Part shown: positions 34,901 to 47,900 of the stretch, piece by piece
How positions within the stretch are numbered: position 1 is the first letter of the stretch
Layout of the letters: each line of letters begins with the position of its first letter
Assembly (NCBI GenBank): GCA_976226885.1
Contig: OZ320317.1
Coordinates: 2,170,001 to 2,234,000, forward strand
Length of the DNA: 64,000 bases
Origin: Iphione sp. A-MEVVRFRX5
Lineage: Eukaryota
Direction of reading: 5' to 3'
The notes under the pieces: generated by a model
Seen by the model: only the letters and a program-made list of their open reading frames with translations
Told to the model about the DNA's origin: nothing
The model's database searches: none
Position numbers and translations under genes: made by a program

Positions 34901-36870
34901 CCCGCATTACTTGACCTTTGATGGTGGCAGTGCCCCCCCCCCCCCCCGGTATATCACCATGCTAGTGATACTCTGTGGTAGTGAAGAATCTCTGGATTTA
35001 CCATTTAAAATTTGTTTGAAGCAGCTCTTGCATCCTCACTAGATGTTTTCTTCTGATAGCATGTCTTGACATGTTTCATAATCTGGTAATATCTTAGTAC
35101 ATTGTTCAAACAGATAAATTTGAGAGGTCACTTTTGGATATCATTCATAATTTGTTGATATCTCGATAGTTTCTTTCATCAGATAAAACAATGCCGACTG
35201 TGCAATTTCCTTGGAGCATGTCTAAACATGTTTAATACCAATTTCATAACTCTGGGAGATCATTTCAGTAAATGACAATATCTTTCTGAAACAAAACATT
35301 CTTAAACAGATGAAAAAGTCAGATGTTATTCCTTTTCTTAGGTTATGAGAGTAGATAAACAGACAGATCCATGGTACTAACTCATCATTTTGAAAATGTA
35401 TATTGACATAAAAAGTAGACATCATTAGCACAAAAGAAACAGCTTTAGGCACAGATCTCTATTGAGATGTCGCGAGATTTCTTGAGAATCTGTAGAGCTA
35501 AACCAGATGGGAAAGTCAGACAGATCCTGATCCGTGTTTGTTTGTTCCATTCTGTGAAGAAGCACTGGAAATGGATTCGACATGGAAAATCTTTCAAATT
35601 AGATGCCAAATTCTAACATTTGATTGTTCCAAGGCAAGCACTCTCTTGAAAATAATATATATGTTTCACATGACTGACCTAACCTGTCTGACCTGGTTGT
35701 AAATACAATCATAAAGTGCCTACCTGGGAACTGCCACCCGACACTCTACGCGGAAAACCTGTCAATCGTTGCAGTTGCTACAGATTTATTAGGGCTAAGG
35801 ACATTGTGTCTCCGTATAGCTGAATCTGTGGCAAACTGGTGTGCGAGGGAAGGCTTTGTCTTAAGCTAAAAGAAGTGTACATACCTGCCACTGCCTAAAG
35901 CTGCAGGTTTAGACTCAGACATCACACTAGGAAAATGTAAGATGGATATGTTGAAACAGTGCACACTACTGGGATATAAACCGGATGGTTCGCTTGGTCC
36001 AATGGAGACCATTAGGCATCTCAAATGCATCATGTGGACAGGTGCTCTGAAGACTATCACCTGGTGATGCTATAGAGTTATCTCAGGTAAAAAGGGTGAA
36101 GTTTCAAACTCATATCCACAAATGTGCTACAGTAGCACTACAATGTGGTGGACACCTGAGTGCTAGATACCTACAGGACCGTCTAAAGGTACCAAGGGTA
36201 GGTAAACTAATCAATTAAAGGGGATTGCAGTGCATCCATAAACTGATGTAACTAGGGATCTTGCAATCAGAGAGAAAGGAACAGGCTCCCACTAGGCAAG
36301 AAACTGGGTAGTAAACTCGTGTTCGGGGAACACGATGACCAATGACAACTAATTGACTGTAGACCTAAACATGACATGGCATTTGCTCCTCATGGCTAAG
36401 CATCATAGAATATGGATCTCCTTGTCTAATCATCTATTCATGCAGTCTGATCGTTAACCCCATAATCCAGACTAATTGTGAACCAAGTATATCTGAAGGG
36501 TCTAGTCGCTTTTTTGGTTGTAATGATGTGTTCAATGAAGTAAAGTTGTATTTAAACCTCTGAATTAGATAATGAACAACACAAGGTTACATTAGATGGT
36601 CCAATTGAACATTACTTGTATAAGGATAAGGCGTTCAGTTCAGAGACTATTGTTCATCCATTGAAAACTCTGCATATTGTATGAGACTGATGAATAAAAT
36701 CTCTTGAAATCTCTTGAAATCTTGAAATGAACTGATGACAAAGGAAGAACGGATCAAGTAAGAAAAGAAAATTCATTTTCTTTCCATTAGTTTTATTTTT
36801 ACTTATGTAATGTGTATTACTTTTGTTCAGATAGGTTTTTTTTAAATCATGTCATTTTCACAAGGCTAAC

Positions 36871-39800
36871 AAAGTTCAAAGTTCAAAGTTCAAAGTAAGT
36901 TTAATTTTTTCTCAGTGTACATCATATGAGAAATACATAGAGCTCTTCCAGGCAAACTAACAGGCAAAGAAGTGTTTTTTTTTTTTGGTACGGCAGATGG
37001 TTCTTTTTACAGGACTGAGACCTTTGTGAACAACTTAAGTAAGCATAACTAAATCTTCTGGTTGTGACAGTTGATCAATATATTTAGATGTCAGGTTAGT
37101 GTGGACCCCTACTAGTAGAACTTCACTCATCGGATCAACATTTGTCTAAGTAGCCTTTAAAACTTTTCATAGATATTGTGGCCTTAGAGGGGATAGTTAG
37201 TTCATTCCACAACTTTTGAACTTGGTTCCAGAATGATTTGGCATATGCAGATCTCTTAGGCAACTTTAGTTCGAGACTACCCACGAGACTTCTTTGGGAC
37301 ACCCTAGTTTTCACAGACATTTCACACTCTTTCAGTAAGTGTACTCTGTGTATCAAACAGACTAGCTGATTCAGTCCTCTGTCCATCACTGTCAAGATCC
37401 CAGTCATTTTCCTCAAAGCTACAGATGATACCTGAGACTGTTGTACCAAACAAAACTAGTTTACAAGCCCTGTTCATTTCAATTTGCAGGTTGTCCATTA
37501 TACCCTTACTGGATGTTGCTACAAATGGTAGTCCGTAGTCAATGGCTGGGAGAACAAAGGCTTTGAGTAATTTCACTCTGTCCTTGAAGGGGAGAATCCA
37601 AACAACCTTACATAGAGAGTAGGATCTCCTTCTTAGGTTCATAATCATTTCTTTTATTATTTGATGCCAGTTCAGTTTGTTGTCAATAGTATACCCTAGG
37701 AATTTGAATGCATCTACCGCTTCAAGTTTAGTATCACCCATCATCAAGTCTAGGGCAAACTCCCGTGCCTTACCAAATGACATGTAGACAGTTTATTGTG
37801 CATTCAAGGTTAGACCATTCATTTTCATCCAGTGCATCGCGTCTTTTATACCTTGATGTAATTTTAACCTGAGAGACGATGCATTACTTGCACTGCAATA
37901 TATTGTCAGATTGTCTGCATAGAGGATCGATTTAGTGATGCATAAAGATTCTGGAAGCGCATTAATAATCAAGGAGAACAGCAGAGGGCCCATAAGGCTC
38001 CCCTGCGGTACCCCTTGATTCACTGGTAGCTGACTGGAGCTGTACCCATTACACCTTACATATTGTTGTCTGTTACTTAGATACTCCTCTGCCCATCTGA
38101 TCATTCGTGAACCTGTACCTGCTTTTTTGAGGCAATTCACGATCAACTGATGGTCTATTACATCAAAAGCTTTCGATAGGTCAAAACACACGGTCCCCTC
38201 GTCAACTGCTGTGTATACATGACGTAGGAGTACTGCTTTTGCTGTGGATGTTCCCCTTTGCTTGTGGAAGCCTTGCTGCTCATGACAAAAGTATCCACTA
38301 TCCTCCAGGTACAAAGACAATTGTCTTTGGATCAGCTTCTCAATCAACTTCCCAATCTACGGCAGTATTGCTACTGGCCTTTAGTTACTCTTACAGTTTC
38401 TTGATCCCTTCTTGAACAAAGGCGTGATTCTTGCGACTTTCCACTGCTCTGGGAAGCATCCAGATACAATCATTGAATTTACTATTCCTAGGACTGTTTC
38501 CAAACCTATTAATAAGGCATCTTTCAGGACCTCTGAGGGTTTATTGGGCATACCACTAGGCTTGTTCGTTTTCAGACCCTTGATAGTTTCTACCAGCTCA
38601 CCATGAGTTACCCAGCACAGGTCCCATTTGGGATCCCAATTGATATGTTCAAGTACAGCTTTGTTGGATAATAGCTCGGCTTGTTGGATAAATGACTCAT
38701 TTTGACAATTTGGTACTTCGCTTAGAGGAATTTTCATGCAATACTACACTCGTTTCATGGTTATTTTTACACATAGTATGCCTGTTAATACATTGCCAGT
38801 AGTCCTTAAAGTAATGGCAATTAGATAGCATCTTAGACATGTACACATTTTTTGCTCTTACAACGAGCACATTGACCCTTTTCTTGTAAAATTTTGAGAT
38901 ATGGAGGCAGTCTATATTACCTGTTTTTGAGAATTCAGAGATAAAGAAATCCCGATAAGCCTTGGCTCCCAGTATCTTTGCATTCATCCACCCTTTTCCA
39001 TTGTAACGCTTTTTCCTTTTTAGTGGGCAAAGTTTCTCAACAGCATGTTCTATACATGATTGCAAGCGTTCCCACTTAGTTTCCGCTGAGACCGACAAAT
39101 CAGTGTTCAAGGACTTTAAGGTTGGAGCAATTTCATTGTCTAAGGCTACTCTGGAGTATTTGGACCGTGGCCTACCCATATACTCACTTGTTAGCTAAGC
39201 AAGGAGTGGTGCCCGAGCCTGACCACTGTTAGCTTGAAAGGAGCTGACGTTATTTCATGTGCCACATCAAGTAAATAGTCAGGCTTGGCATAATCGCTTT
39301 TTTGGTTGACCCAGAAGAATTTTTCGATGTAATACTCAACCATATGATCTCCGAGTTCAGTTCCAGTGTGATCAGTAATATACCGGATGATGGGATTCAT
39401 TCCTGAAAAAGAATAGTGTCCTGTCAGGTTTATACCTATATTTTTCCCTTCTTGACTGTATTGCCCTTTTACTATAGATTTTTTCACGTACTTGTATTAG
39501 CGATAGGCCAACTAGATTTTACCCATTATGTTCCTTACCCGCAGTACACAAATTCCGCAGATTGTGCCCTGTACCAAGTTCACAGTCGTAGGACGCCTCT
39601 GCTAAGTAGAGATTGTCTGAGCGCAGTAAGTATTCAACCAAGTTTGGATTCTGATCAAACTTACTGCGAGTGATGTCTGTCAAAACATTGAGATTTCTTT
39701 CTCCCCAATCAGCCAATGTAATCAGACATGCTTCGATGCCCCTGATTACTCTGGGATCAGTTTCATTCAAAATTGGTTGAGCTGCTTCTAGGTTCCCAAC

Positions 39801-40600
39801 ACTTATAGCCTTCGGGTGTTGGAAGGCTTGCTCTGCTGAGGTATATGTTGTGTCATTGTATTCAATTGGACACCGATAGAGGTTTGCAGAAGGCACGTGA
39901 ATGCCCCTAAAAGCCAGAGTGTTGTCCGAGTGGTAAGATTTAGCTTCTCCTAGGCAAAATGATTTAGGCAAATCCTCCGATTTGTCGTATTGGTACTCAA
40001 TGCCATCGATTGTTAGACTAATACCAGTTACGTAATCCTGGTGTCCAAGCTCGCATGCGTGTCGAACTATCGTTTGCAGGTCCCGGTTCAATGACTGAAG
40101 ATGCTTTGGAATATCCTCGTTCAGATAGATATTCCTATAGTCCTTTTCTCTTCTCAGCTTGAACCTTCCTTTGTACGCTGTATGCTCTTCTGTACGCTCT
40201 TCTGTTGCTCAGAACCATTATCGGTGACATCCTCCCATTTGTTTAGCACAGTCTGGATACTTTCCGTTTGGGATTCCAGCCTGTCTATTTTGCTGTTTAG
40301 CACTTCAGTTGTTTTGATTAGTTTACCTATTTCCTTGTTTTGTTGATCCCTGTCTTTGTTCTCAAAAGATGACGATAACGTGGATGATAACGAGTTGTTT
40401 GGCTTGTGACCATGTCCCTGTGCGGAGTTTGAGCGAGTCACCGGGGTTGATCTGTCTTGTATTCCTGCTTGCTCTGTTGGTTGATCCTTCACCTTTGGTT
40501 TCTTCAGTTTTGTTTGATTCGTCATTGTTTTATAGACTTATTCTGTATTTTGTTTTTTTTTGTCAAAAAAACTAGTGGAAACTAGTGGAAAGTAGTGGAA
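36871..40600 (-). mobile_element. Second LINE (CR1/L2-like), decayed, with internal deletions
   Basis: ORF1 pieces at 40525-39480 and ORF2 fragments at 39179-37135 (QQGF, FDLSKAFD, GVPQGSLMGP, LYADN). A (TTTGAAC)3 tail lies at 36871-36895 and a 10-bp tandem repeat at 40571-40600. Confidence 0.85.
39480..40525 (-). pseudogene. ORF1p of second LINE with NADAR domain
   Basis: Coiled coil (40154-40525), then after a deletion/frameshift YRNIYLNEDIP. It continues NLY..IEYND.TYTSAEQAFQH.KA, KFDQNPNLVEYLL, LAEASYDCELGTG and G*NLVGLSLIQVREKI. A single TAA at 39521-39519 interrupts the last NADAR helix. Confidence 0.85.
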
Positions 40601-40609
40601 AGCCTAAGA

Positions 40610-43600
40610 ATGCACATTGTACAGCTACGGAGAAATGCTTTAAAAATTCTGAGCATAGAAGCATCAATGATTTCCAAAATGAAATTCCCATTCGAGGAGA
40701 AGAATAGTTCATAACCACTGACACTTAATTCCGATGTAAATGACACTCTCGCCAACCTATGGCACATTGCAGGAACACAAGATACCACTGGCAATGACAC
40801 GGTTATTTTAAACACTGGCCCGACTGCCATGTCTACTCCAATGAAGCAGACACGAACCAGGCCTGAGGCGAACATACAACATACAACATACAACCATCCA
40901 GTGCGGCAACACATCACAATGTAGAAGACCGGGGCGAGCATTGGACAGGTGAAAAAAACAATGTTCACAATACCACTAACACAAGAAATACTTGCTTTTT
41001 TCAGAACGAATCGTGGTTGGAAGGCCTCACAGAGGCCACAATGGAGACCTGGCAATCTGCAATGAGCCACACTGCGGCATACGTATGCAACAGCGTCCGG
41101 GTTGCATACGTATGCAACAGCGTCCGGGTACGTAAAAGATGAAACATTTAGAACAAGATTATACGAAATGAAAAAAGCCCACGGTGAGGCGGTGTTAAAT
41201 GAAATCATTTCATACTTGTCTCAGACCGTATCTGCCGCAAAACGCACAGCGGCAAGTGATTTGGCAATAGTGGAATGGCACATTGAGTCCTCCACTGAGT
41301 TAAAAATGAGTTGCAAATATGCAGAATCAATGAGAGAACGGATTAAAAAGGAGACACTCGAGGACCTTAAAAGACGAATAGACCGGATCATACAGAGAGA
41401 AACCACGCAGTCCGACTTGCTCAATGGTGGGAAGAGGAGACCATCCAACACAGGTAATAACAGACAGAATTTTCAGACAGGCGGCAGGGGACAGGCAGAG
41501 GTACAAACGGAGGATGAGGGAGTCACGGATCATTGTCCCACCCCTACAGCTGCCCGAGCATCGCAAGGGACTCAACCTCTGCTTTCTCCAGCCAGGAGAT
41601 GACCGCCTTATGCAACCTGATAGTAAAAAAGTGAGTAACAAACATACACCTCCAGTAAGCATGCTCCCCACAAAGCAAAAAACAGCAAAGAAAGCATTCA
41701 TAAGTAACCCAATTACCAAAACCTGTGACATGGACATAAATACAAGTTCCCTAACATTCATGCATAATGTGAACAAAAATCCCCATCAAAACACTTGTAT
41801 CCTTGAAACTAACGTCAATGGCACCAGAACCAAAAAACACTGAAAAACACAAACTCCTCTGGTCCAACACAATATACGTTATCATACAATTACTGACAAT
41901 ATCACTACTGTTGCAGGTATCAACCCCTCAGCCACTGCAGACAGAGAGCGACCAACCCCTGGTTTGAGGCAGACATGTAATAGTCACATCGAGGGAACAA
42001 CTTGCAGTAAGTGGTTCTCCGAATCCTGGTTGAGCAAGTTGTCCAAGAGGAGGCACAAGATGAGCAATCAAAAATGAAATAAAGACTCTAAGAAAGAAAA
42101 TCGTGTCATTAACCACCCTGTATGCACCTCTCTTACTGATCCCAGCATAAATAAATGCAAAGACGGTAAAGAGATGTTAGGTTTCATTATCTCGATCATA
42201 GAGCATATGAAATTGAAACCAACATATGAATTTATTAGAGAGATCTGGACACACTATAATGAACAAGTTAAGAAAAAGATCGTAGTAAACCTGAGTCATA
42301 TACTAAGGACCTTAGGTACATACTGAAGCAAATTAACACAGAACAAATCACGAAAGGGGGACCTAATGGTCCGATCTTATTGGAAACCATGATCAATGTC
42401 AATGAGAACGACTTCACAAACATTAACCTGAAAGAATGACACAAAAGAACATTACTAGACAAACACAAAAATGCATTAAAAACACTTACCAAAAGACCAG
42501 ACATAGTCATTAAGAAAGCAGACAAGGGTGGGGCAGTGGTGGCGTGGGACACCACTTCATACAGAGAAGAAGGATACAGACAACTCAGTGACAGGAGGTT
42601 CTACAGACAGTTAAATGAGAACCCGACTCAGAAATATAATCATGAAATCCAAAACCTGATTGACGAATTGGGAAACATGAACAAACTTCCACCAAGCATC
42701 ATTAGGGAACTAGTGAATCCATGCCCCCGGACATCACAGTTGTACCTCCTGCCTAAAATCCACAAAGGGGTAAAACCGGTCCAAGGTAGACCTGTTATAT
42801 CATCAAACGGTTGCCCGACAGAAAAGATTTCTGCATTAGTAGATTATTATCTCAATCCTTTGGTACAAAACACTAAATCGTATGTCAAAGACACCCCAGA
42901 CCTATTACACAAGCTAAGAAACACAGACCTTGACATGAATGACTTACTAATCACACTAGATGTGACAAGCCTCTACACTGTGATACCCAACAATGAAGGA
43001 ATAGCAGTGGTCTCAAACTTTTTGGCTAAGCATAGGAACACTCACGAGAAACCGACAAATGACACTCTCATAAAATTATTAACGAAGGTCTTAACAATGA
43101 ACAACTTCAAGTTTGAGCTACTTACAGGTAGGTGGCACTGCCATGGGCACAAGGGTACCCCGACTTATACGAACATATTTATGAGTGAATTCAAAGAAAA
43201 ACATATATACAATTATAAAAAGCTACCAAAACTATGGTTAAGATTCATAGATGATATCCTGTTTATATGGAACCACCGCACAGTCGAGTTGACAAATTTC
43301 ATTAATTATCTCCAAGGATGTACTGAGAACATCAAATTCACCATAGAGAACAGCCAGGTGAGCATAAACTTCCTGGATGTGCAAATTAACAAGAAAAATA
43401 CATGCATAGACACAACGGTCTTCACAAAACCCACTGACAGAAACACTTACTTATTTTATAACTCAGCGCATCCTATACACATGAAGTGGGGAACCCATAT
43501 GGACAACTCCTCAGATTAAGGAGAATCTGCAACAACGACTATGACTTTAAGTGTAAGATGGTGAAGAAATTGGTAGACTTTAAAATGAGAAGTTACCCCA

Positions 43601-44900
43601 CGAACATCCTCTTGGAGGCAGCAACTAGGGCATTAAACTTAAATAGAAAAGAAACGCTTAAGCCCCACAGTGCAGGGCAAGAAAATAATAGGTGCCACAT
43701 CCTATGTACTACATTTCACCCAGGCAACACACAGGCAAGAACAATAGTGAAAGGAAATTGGGACTACCTGAAAAAATCAAAGAGCAGGTTTCTCACTAAA
43801 ATGAGACTTGTAATGGCGTACCGCAGACCAAGAAACTCAAAAGACATCTTGGTCAGGGTGAAACTACCAAGCGCAAATACAGGACAAATCCATCTGCTGA
43901 AACACCACCAGATAACAGAAAGAAATGCAAAGCACATAAGTGCAGATATTGTCCAGGTTTAAGCAAAACGGATAAAATCACGAGCCGCACCACAGAGTAC
44001 ACGTATATTGCCAAACATAATGTAACATGCAACAGCTCGAACCTGATATACTGCCTAACCTGCAAAAAATGTGGTATGCAATATGTGAGACAAACAAAGA
44101 ACGAGATCAAGGAAAGGTTTAAAAGACACTTCTATAATATTAAAAAAGACCCCGAGAAAACAGAAGTCTCCAGCCACTTCAGAGAAACAGGCCACAAGGG
44201 GTTAGACGATGTTTCAATCACAGTTGTTGACTTCATCCATAGCTATCCGGAAGGGGAAAAAGCTAAGTACCTGACACAGAAGATCGAATTTAACTGGATA
44301 CACCATATGCGCACTATGTTCCCACTGGGCCTTAACACCATTGATTATGAATAACCACTATCCCCGAATGTAACTACTCCCTTAGCCTCGTCAAAAAATT
44401 TTTTCTGTCTTAGAAGAGTACCTACATTTGGTGTAATGTAGCCTGATCAGATGGATTTCGAAACCAGGATAACCCTCTGTGACACCAGTAGTATTTTGTG
44501 TTGGTATATATGCTCCTATTAACAACCAATAGGAAGGGCAGGAAGCTTCACTGCTGACCCCTGGTATCCTAGTAACACTGGACATCCAAAACATACACTG
44601 ATTTAAATACCACTGCTGTAAGGTAGGCTTCACAGAACCTGGTCGCTTTAGGAAGGAGAAGGACTAGCCGCGTTTCGCTTATTCTGTATTTTGTATCACT
44701 TCTCTGTTTGATTATCTCCAAGTTTTTAGCCAATATATGGCAAATTAGCCGGAGCGTTACTCCTGCATGTCCACTCTCCACTGGTCCCTTCGCAGTTTCA
44801 ACAAGAGTTAATCTCTTCTCAGGCATAATTGCTTTAAATTGTTGGATGATATTTGTTCGGCAGAATTTGAGTATTCAGAGAGAAACATTAAGGACGTCAC
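40610..44900 (+). mobile_element. Penelope-like element (RT + GIY-YIG), frameshifted; ends approximate
   Basis: Contains IVIKKADKGGAVV, YLLPKIHK, GRPVIS, LDVTSLYT, LRFIDDI and FLDV. The GIY-YIG region reads NLIYCLTCKKCGMQYVRQT..RFKRH and ends PLGLN at about 44330. An N-terminal domain lies at about 41040-41600. Confidence 0.9.
41077..41128 (+). repeat. 27-bp in-frame tandem duplication in the PLE N-terminal region
   Basis: gcatacgtatgcaacagcgtccggg occurs at 41077 and 41104. Each copy starts with the 12-bp palindrome gcatacgtatgc. Confidence 0.9.
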
Positions 44901-47900
44901 ATCTTCCATTTCTGATTATCCCCTGAGGAAGAAGTGAGGAAGGAGGTGAAGTTGAAATGTGACTGCTTCAAGTATCCATTGACCACAACTCGACACTTCT
45001 TCATTTCTGATACAAATCCCCTCTACACAAACTGTTAGAAAGATGGTCAAGATGCTTTTGAAGATGGTGAAATTGTTGAAATAGTTTATTCAAGTACCCC
45101 TATTCATTATTCCTTGAAACTTTTGATTCAGAGCATTTATTCCTTCCTATTATTCAGTGAATATAGTAGTAGGATCAAAGACCGTTGTAGAGGCTATCTA
45201 TTTTAATAGTAAAACGAATTTATGATGCTTGACTATTACTCATCTAGTGATATAAGTGATGTCATTTCAAGGATGAGCTGTGCACTATCTCGTCATTATT
45301 TACCATTTATTTTACGGAAAACGTTTCACAGGTTTTAGACAGGTAACATCAGCTATAGTCATATATCATGGGGTCATAACCCACGGATCAGGGATTAATT
45401 TGAAAATTGACTGGAAGTGACCCAGGTTGAAGGCAGAATGTAAAGTGTTCTCTTGGGTCATGGATTATCTGTATATAATAATTTAAACCTTTTCAGAGAG
45501 CTCTGAAGACCGAAATCTACTTTGCCAAAATACCTAAACAGGAAACCTTAGTCATCATGAGTTGTATTGCGATACAAGGCACTCACCGTGTAAAATATAA
45601 GGTTGTCTCTTGTTCTTAACGAGAGGCAACAGATAAAAGCTACCAGACTTATCATAAAGCTAGAGTTAACTCGAAAACGTTTTGAGTCTTGTGATAGTAA
45701 CAACCTATAAAGTTGGAAGCATGCTTATTTAAGTGGCTAAAATAATGGTGATTAAGTTATGTAAAAAAAAATCATGAGCAGGAAAATAATACATTTTTTG
45801 GCAATGTTAGTGCACAGATTGAAAATTTGGAAATGATGATCCAAATGAAATATATAATTTGGAAGTAAAGATAATCTTTTCAACTTTACCTTCCATTCAT
45901 ATTTAATAAATGCATCCAGATACATCCATTTTATCGAATGACACTAAAAAAAACTTCTTTTATTTAACAAGTTCTATCCAGCTAGTCTCGTATTCACAGT
46001 TGATTTCAAAATGGTGACAGCCCCCAGTACCTTTCAACAAGAAAAAAGCTTTCGACCGGTTGGATTACAAACTGCAAAGTTGGTTCTATCAATCTGCTCT
46101 AGGTGTCAGTAGTGCAGACCCAGAATGAACAAAGCAATATGTGTTGGAGACCGATTCACCAAGGTCCCTTTATAACCCCATGTGGCGGGTGTATCACATA
46201 TGATCTAAGCCTTAAAGTTCAATTCAAGTAAATATAGGGGAATGGAATGGTAATGGGCTACTGCAAGATATCTGTATGGCCCAGACTGCTTTGAAAATCA
46301 CTGTAAGTTATAGCTGTTACTTCATTCATGTCAACTATTGAAAAGGATCGATTCTGTACAGCGTTATGACATGTCTAGTGTGAATGAAAAATATAAAACA
46401 ACATTTCTGTAATTAGTCTAAAGAATGTTGAATGAAAATAACATCACCTCCAAGACCAATCATCTCTAGTCAAATTGAAAATGTTGTGTATACTGTTGTA
46501 CAAAATTACAAAACAAACATTTGTGCAGTTTTTAAGTATGTTAACAAAGTTATGCACATGTTTATAACAGAAAAATCAAATATAATATTGATTTAAGGTC
46601 TTTCCCGCCATCAGTCCTTTAGACATTTGATGAGCCAAGTGCCTAAATCTGGGAGTGACTGTCACATTACCACCTCATTTTGGCCTTGGGATATTTGGGA
46701 TCATCGCATGAACCTATTCAGTTCAGACTCAGTCTCTCTTCCAATCCAGTGACCTGAGATGTTTCATTGGGGTTGTCTCTGTTGTCAAATCCTCTTGAAA
46801 AGATAATATGAAGCAATCCATATAATTCCTAAATCTAAGAAGAGCTCAAGAACTAATGTGGAGACCACTTGAATATGAGGTTGATAGTTATAAACTTCAG
46901 AGAGTATTGAGGCAAAATACCTCTCTGAATGTGTCTATAAGTGTCTCTCGATAGATGTGTAGCTCCCTGAATATGGTGTTCTATACATTTTAGTGGGGTG
47001 TCGCCTGTATATTTTATGTGTCAGGCATGCTCACAGGGCGTCCTTATATATAATGTACCAGCCCGTCTAAGGGATTGTAGACAAATGAGATTTATGTAAG
47101 CCAACTTCAATTACTTCCCTTGAGTTAAGCATTTTTATGGATATTGGTTATAAACAGGAACTGAAATTTTGTATTGAACATCAATTCCATCAATAATGTA
47201 TTCTGTTATTCATAAATGTGTCAGAAGTGGTAGGAAATGGTATATTATATATTAAGTAAGTGTTCTTTTCACACACACAATAAGACCCACACTAAGATCC
47301 ACAATCACAATCAAACTCTTGTAGAGTCTCATGAACCCAGTCTTAACTATTTCATATTCACACTCAGGTTAACACATAGACTTTATAATAAAATCACAGT
47401 CATGCTGCTGCTTCATACTAATTTACAGTCACACTTACAAAGCCATAAGAGCTCATAATGCCACTGAGATGGAGACCCACCTTCACATTCACACACACTC
47501 ACATATTGCATCTTAACTGCTCCATCTTGACACTCAGACTAACTGTAGAGTTCAGGAAGGCCTGAGTGCACTACCAACTGTCCCTGCATTTACCTTTTTA
47601 CATCTTGTCACTTACTTAGAACCAGTCCCTTCAACAGTCATTCTTGACATCTAAATATTGTCGAGTCTGCTCTGCAAATAAACCGACATGAAGACAATTT
47701 ACAAAACTGGTTTTATTGCTTCAGGCACAAAAATAAAATGTTGCTGATGAAAATGATTCCCTCCTTTACATATGTATCGTTCTCTCTCTATATAAATATA
47801 CCCAACATCGGCCTTGCAGGTTCCGTCTTCACCATGGCTTTGTGTGCCCCATGAACCCATCAGACCATGATCCTTGTGCTGCTTAACATTGTCCAATACT

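Noticed and set aside
39191-39487. 98-aa ORF as a separate accessory gene of the second LINE
   Set aside because: No recognisable motif. It lies where most of the endonuclease appears deleted, so it is probably a junction remnant.
40582-41208. 208-aa hydrophobic minus-strand ORF
   Set aside because: It is antisense to the A/C-rich 5' part of the PLE, and its composition explains the hydrophobic bias.
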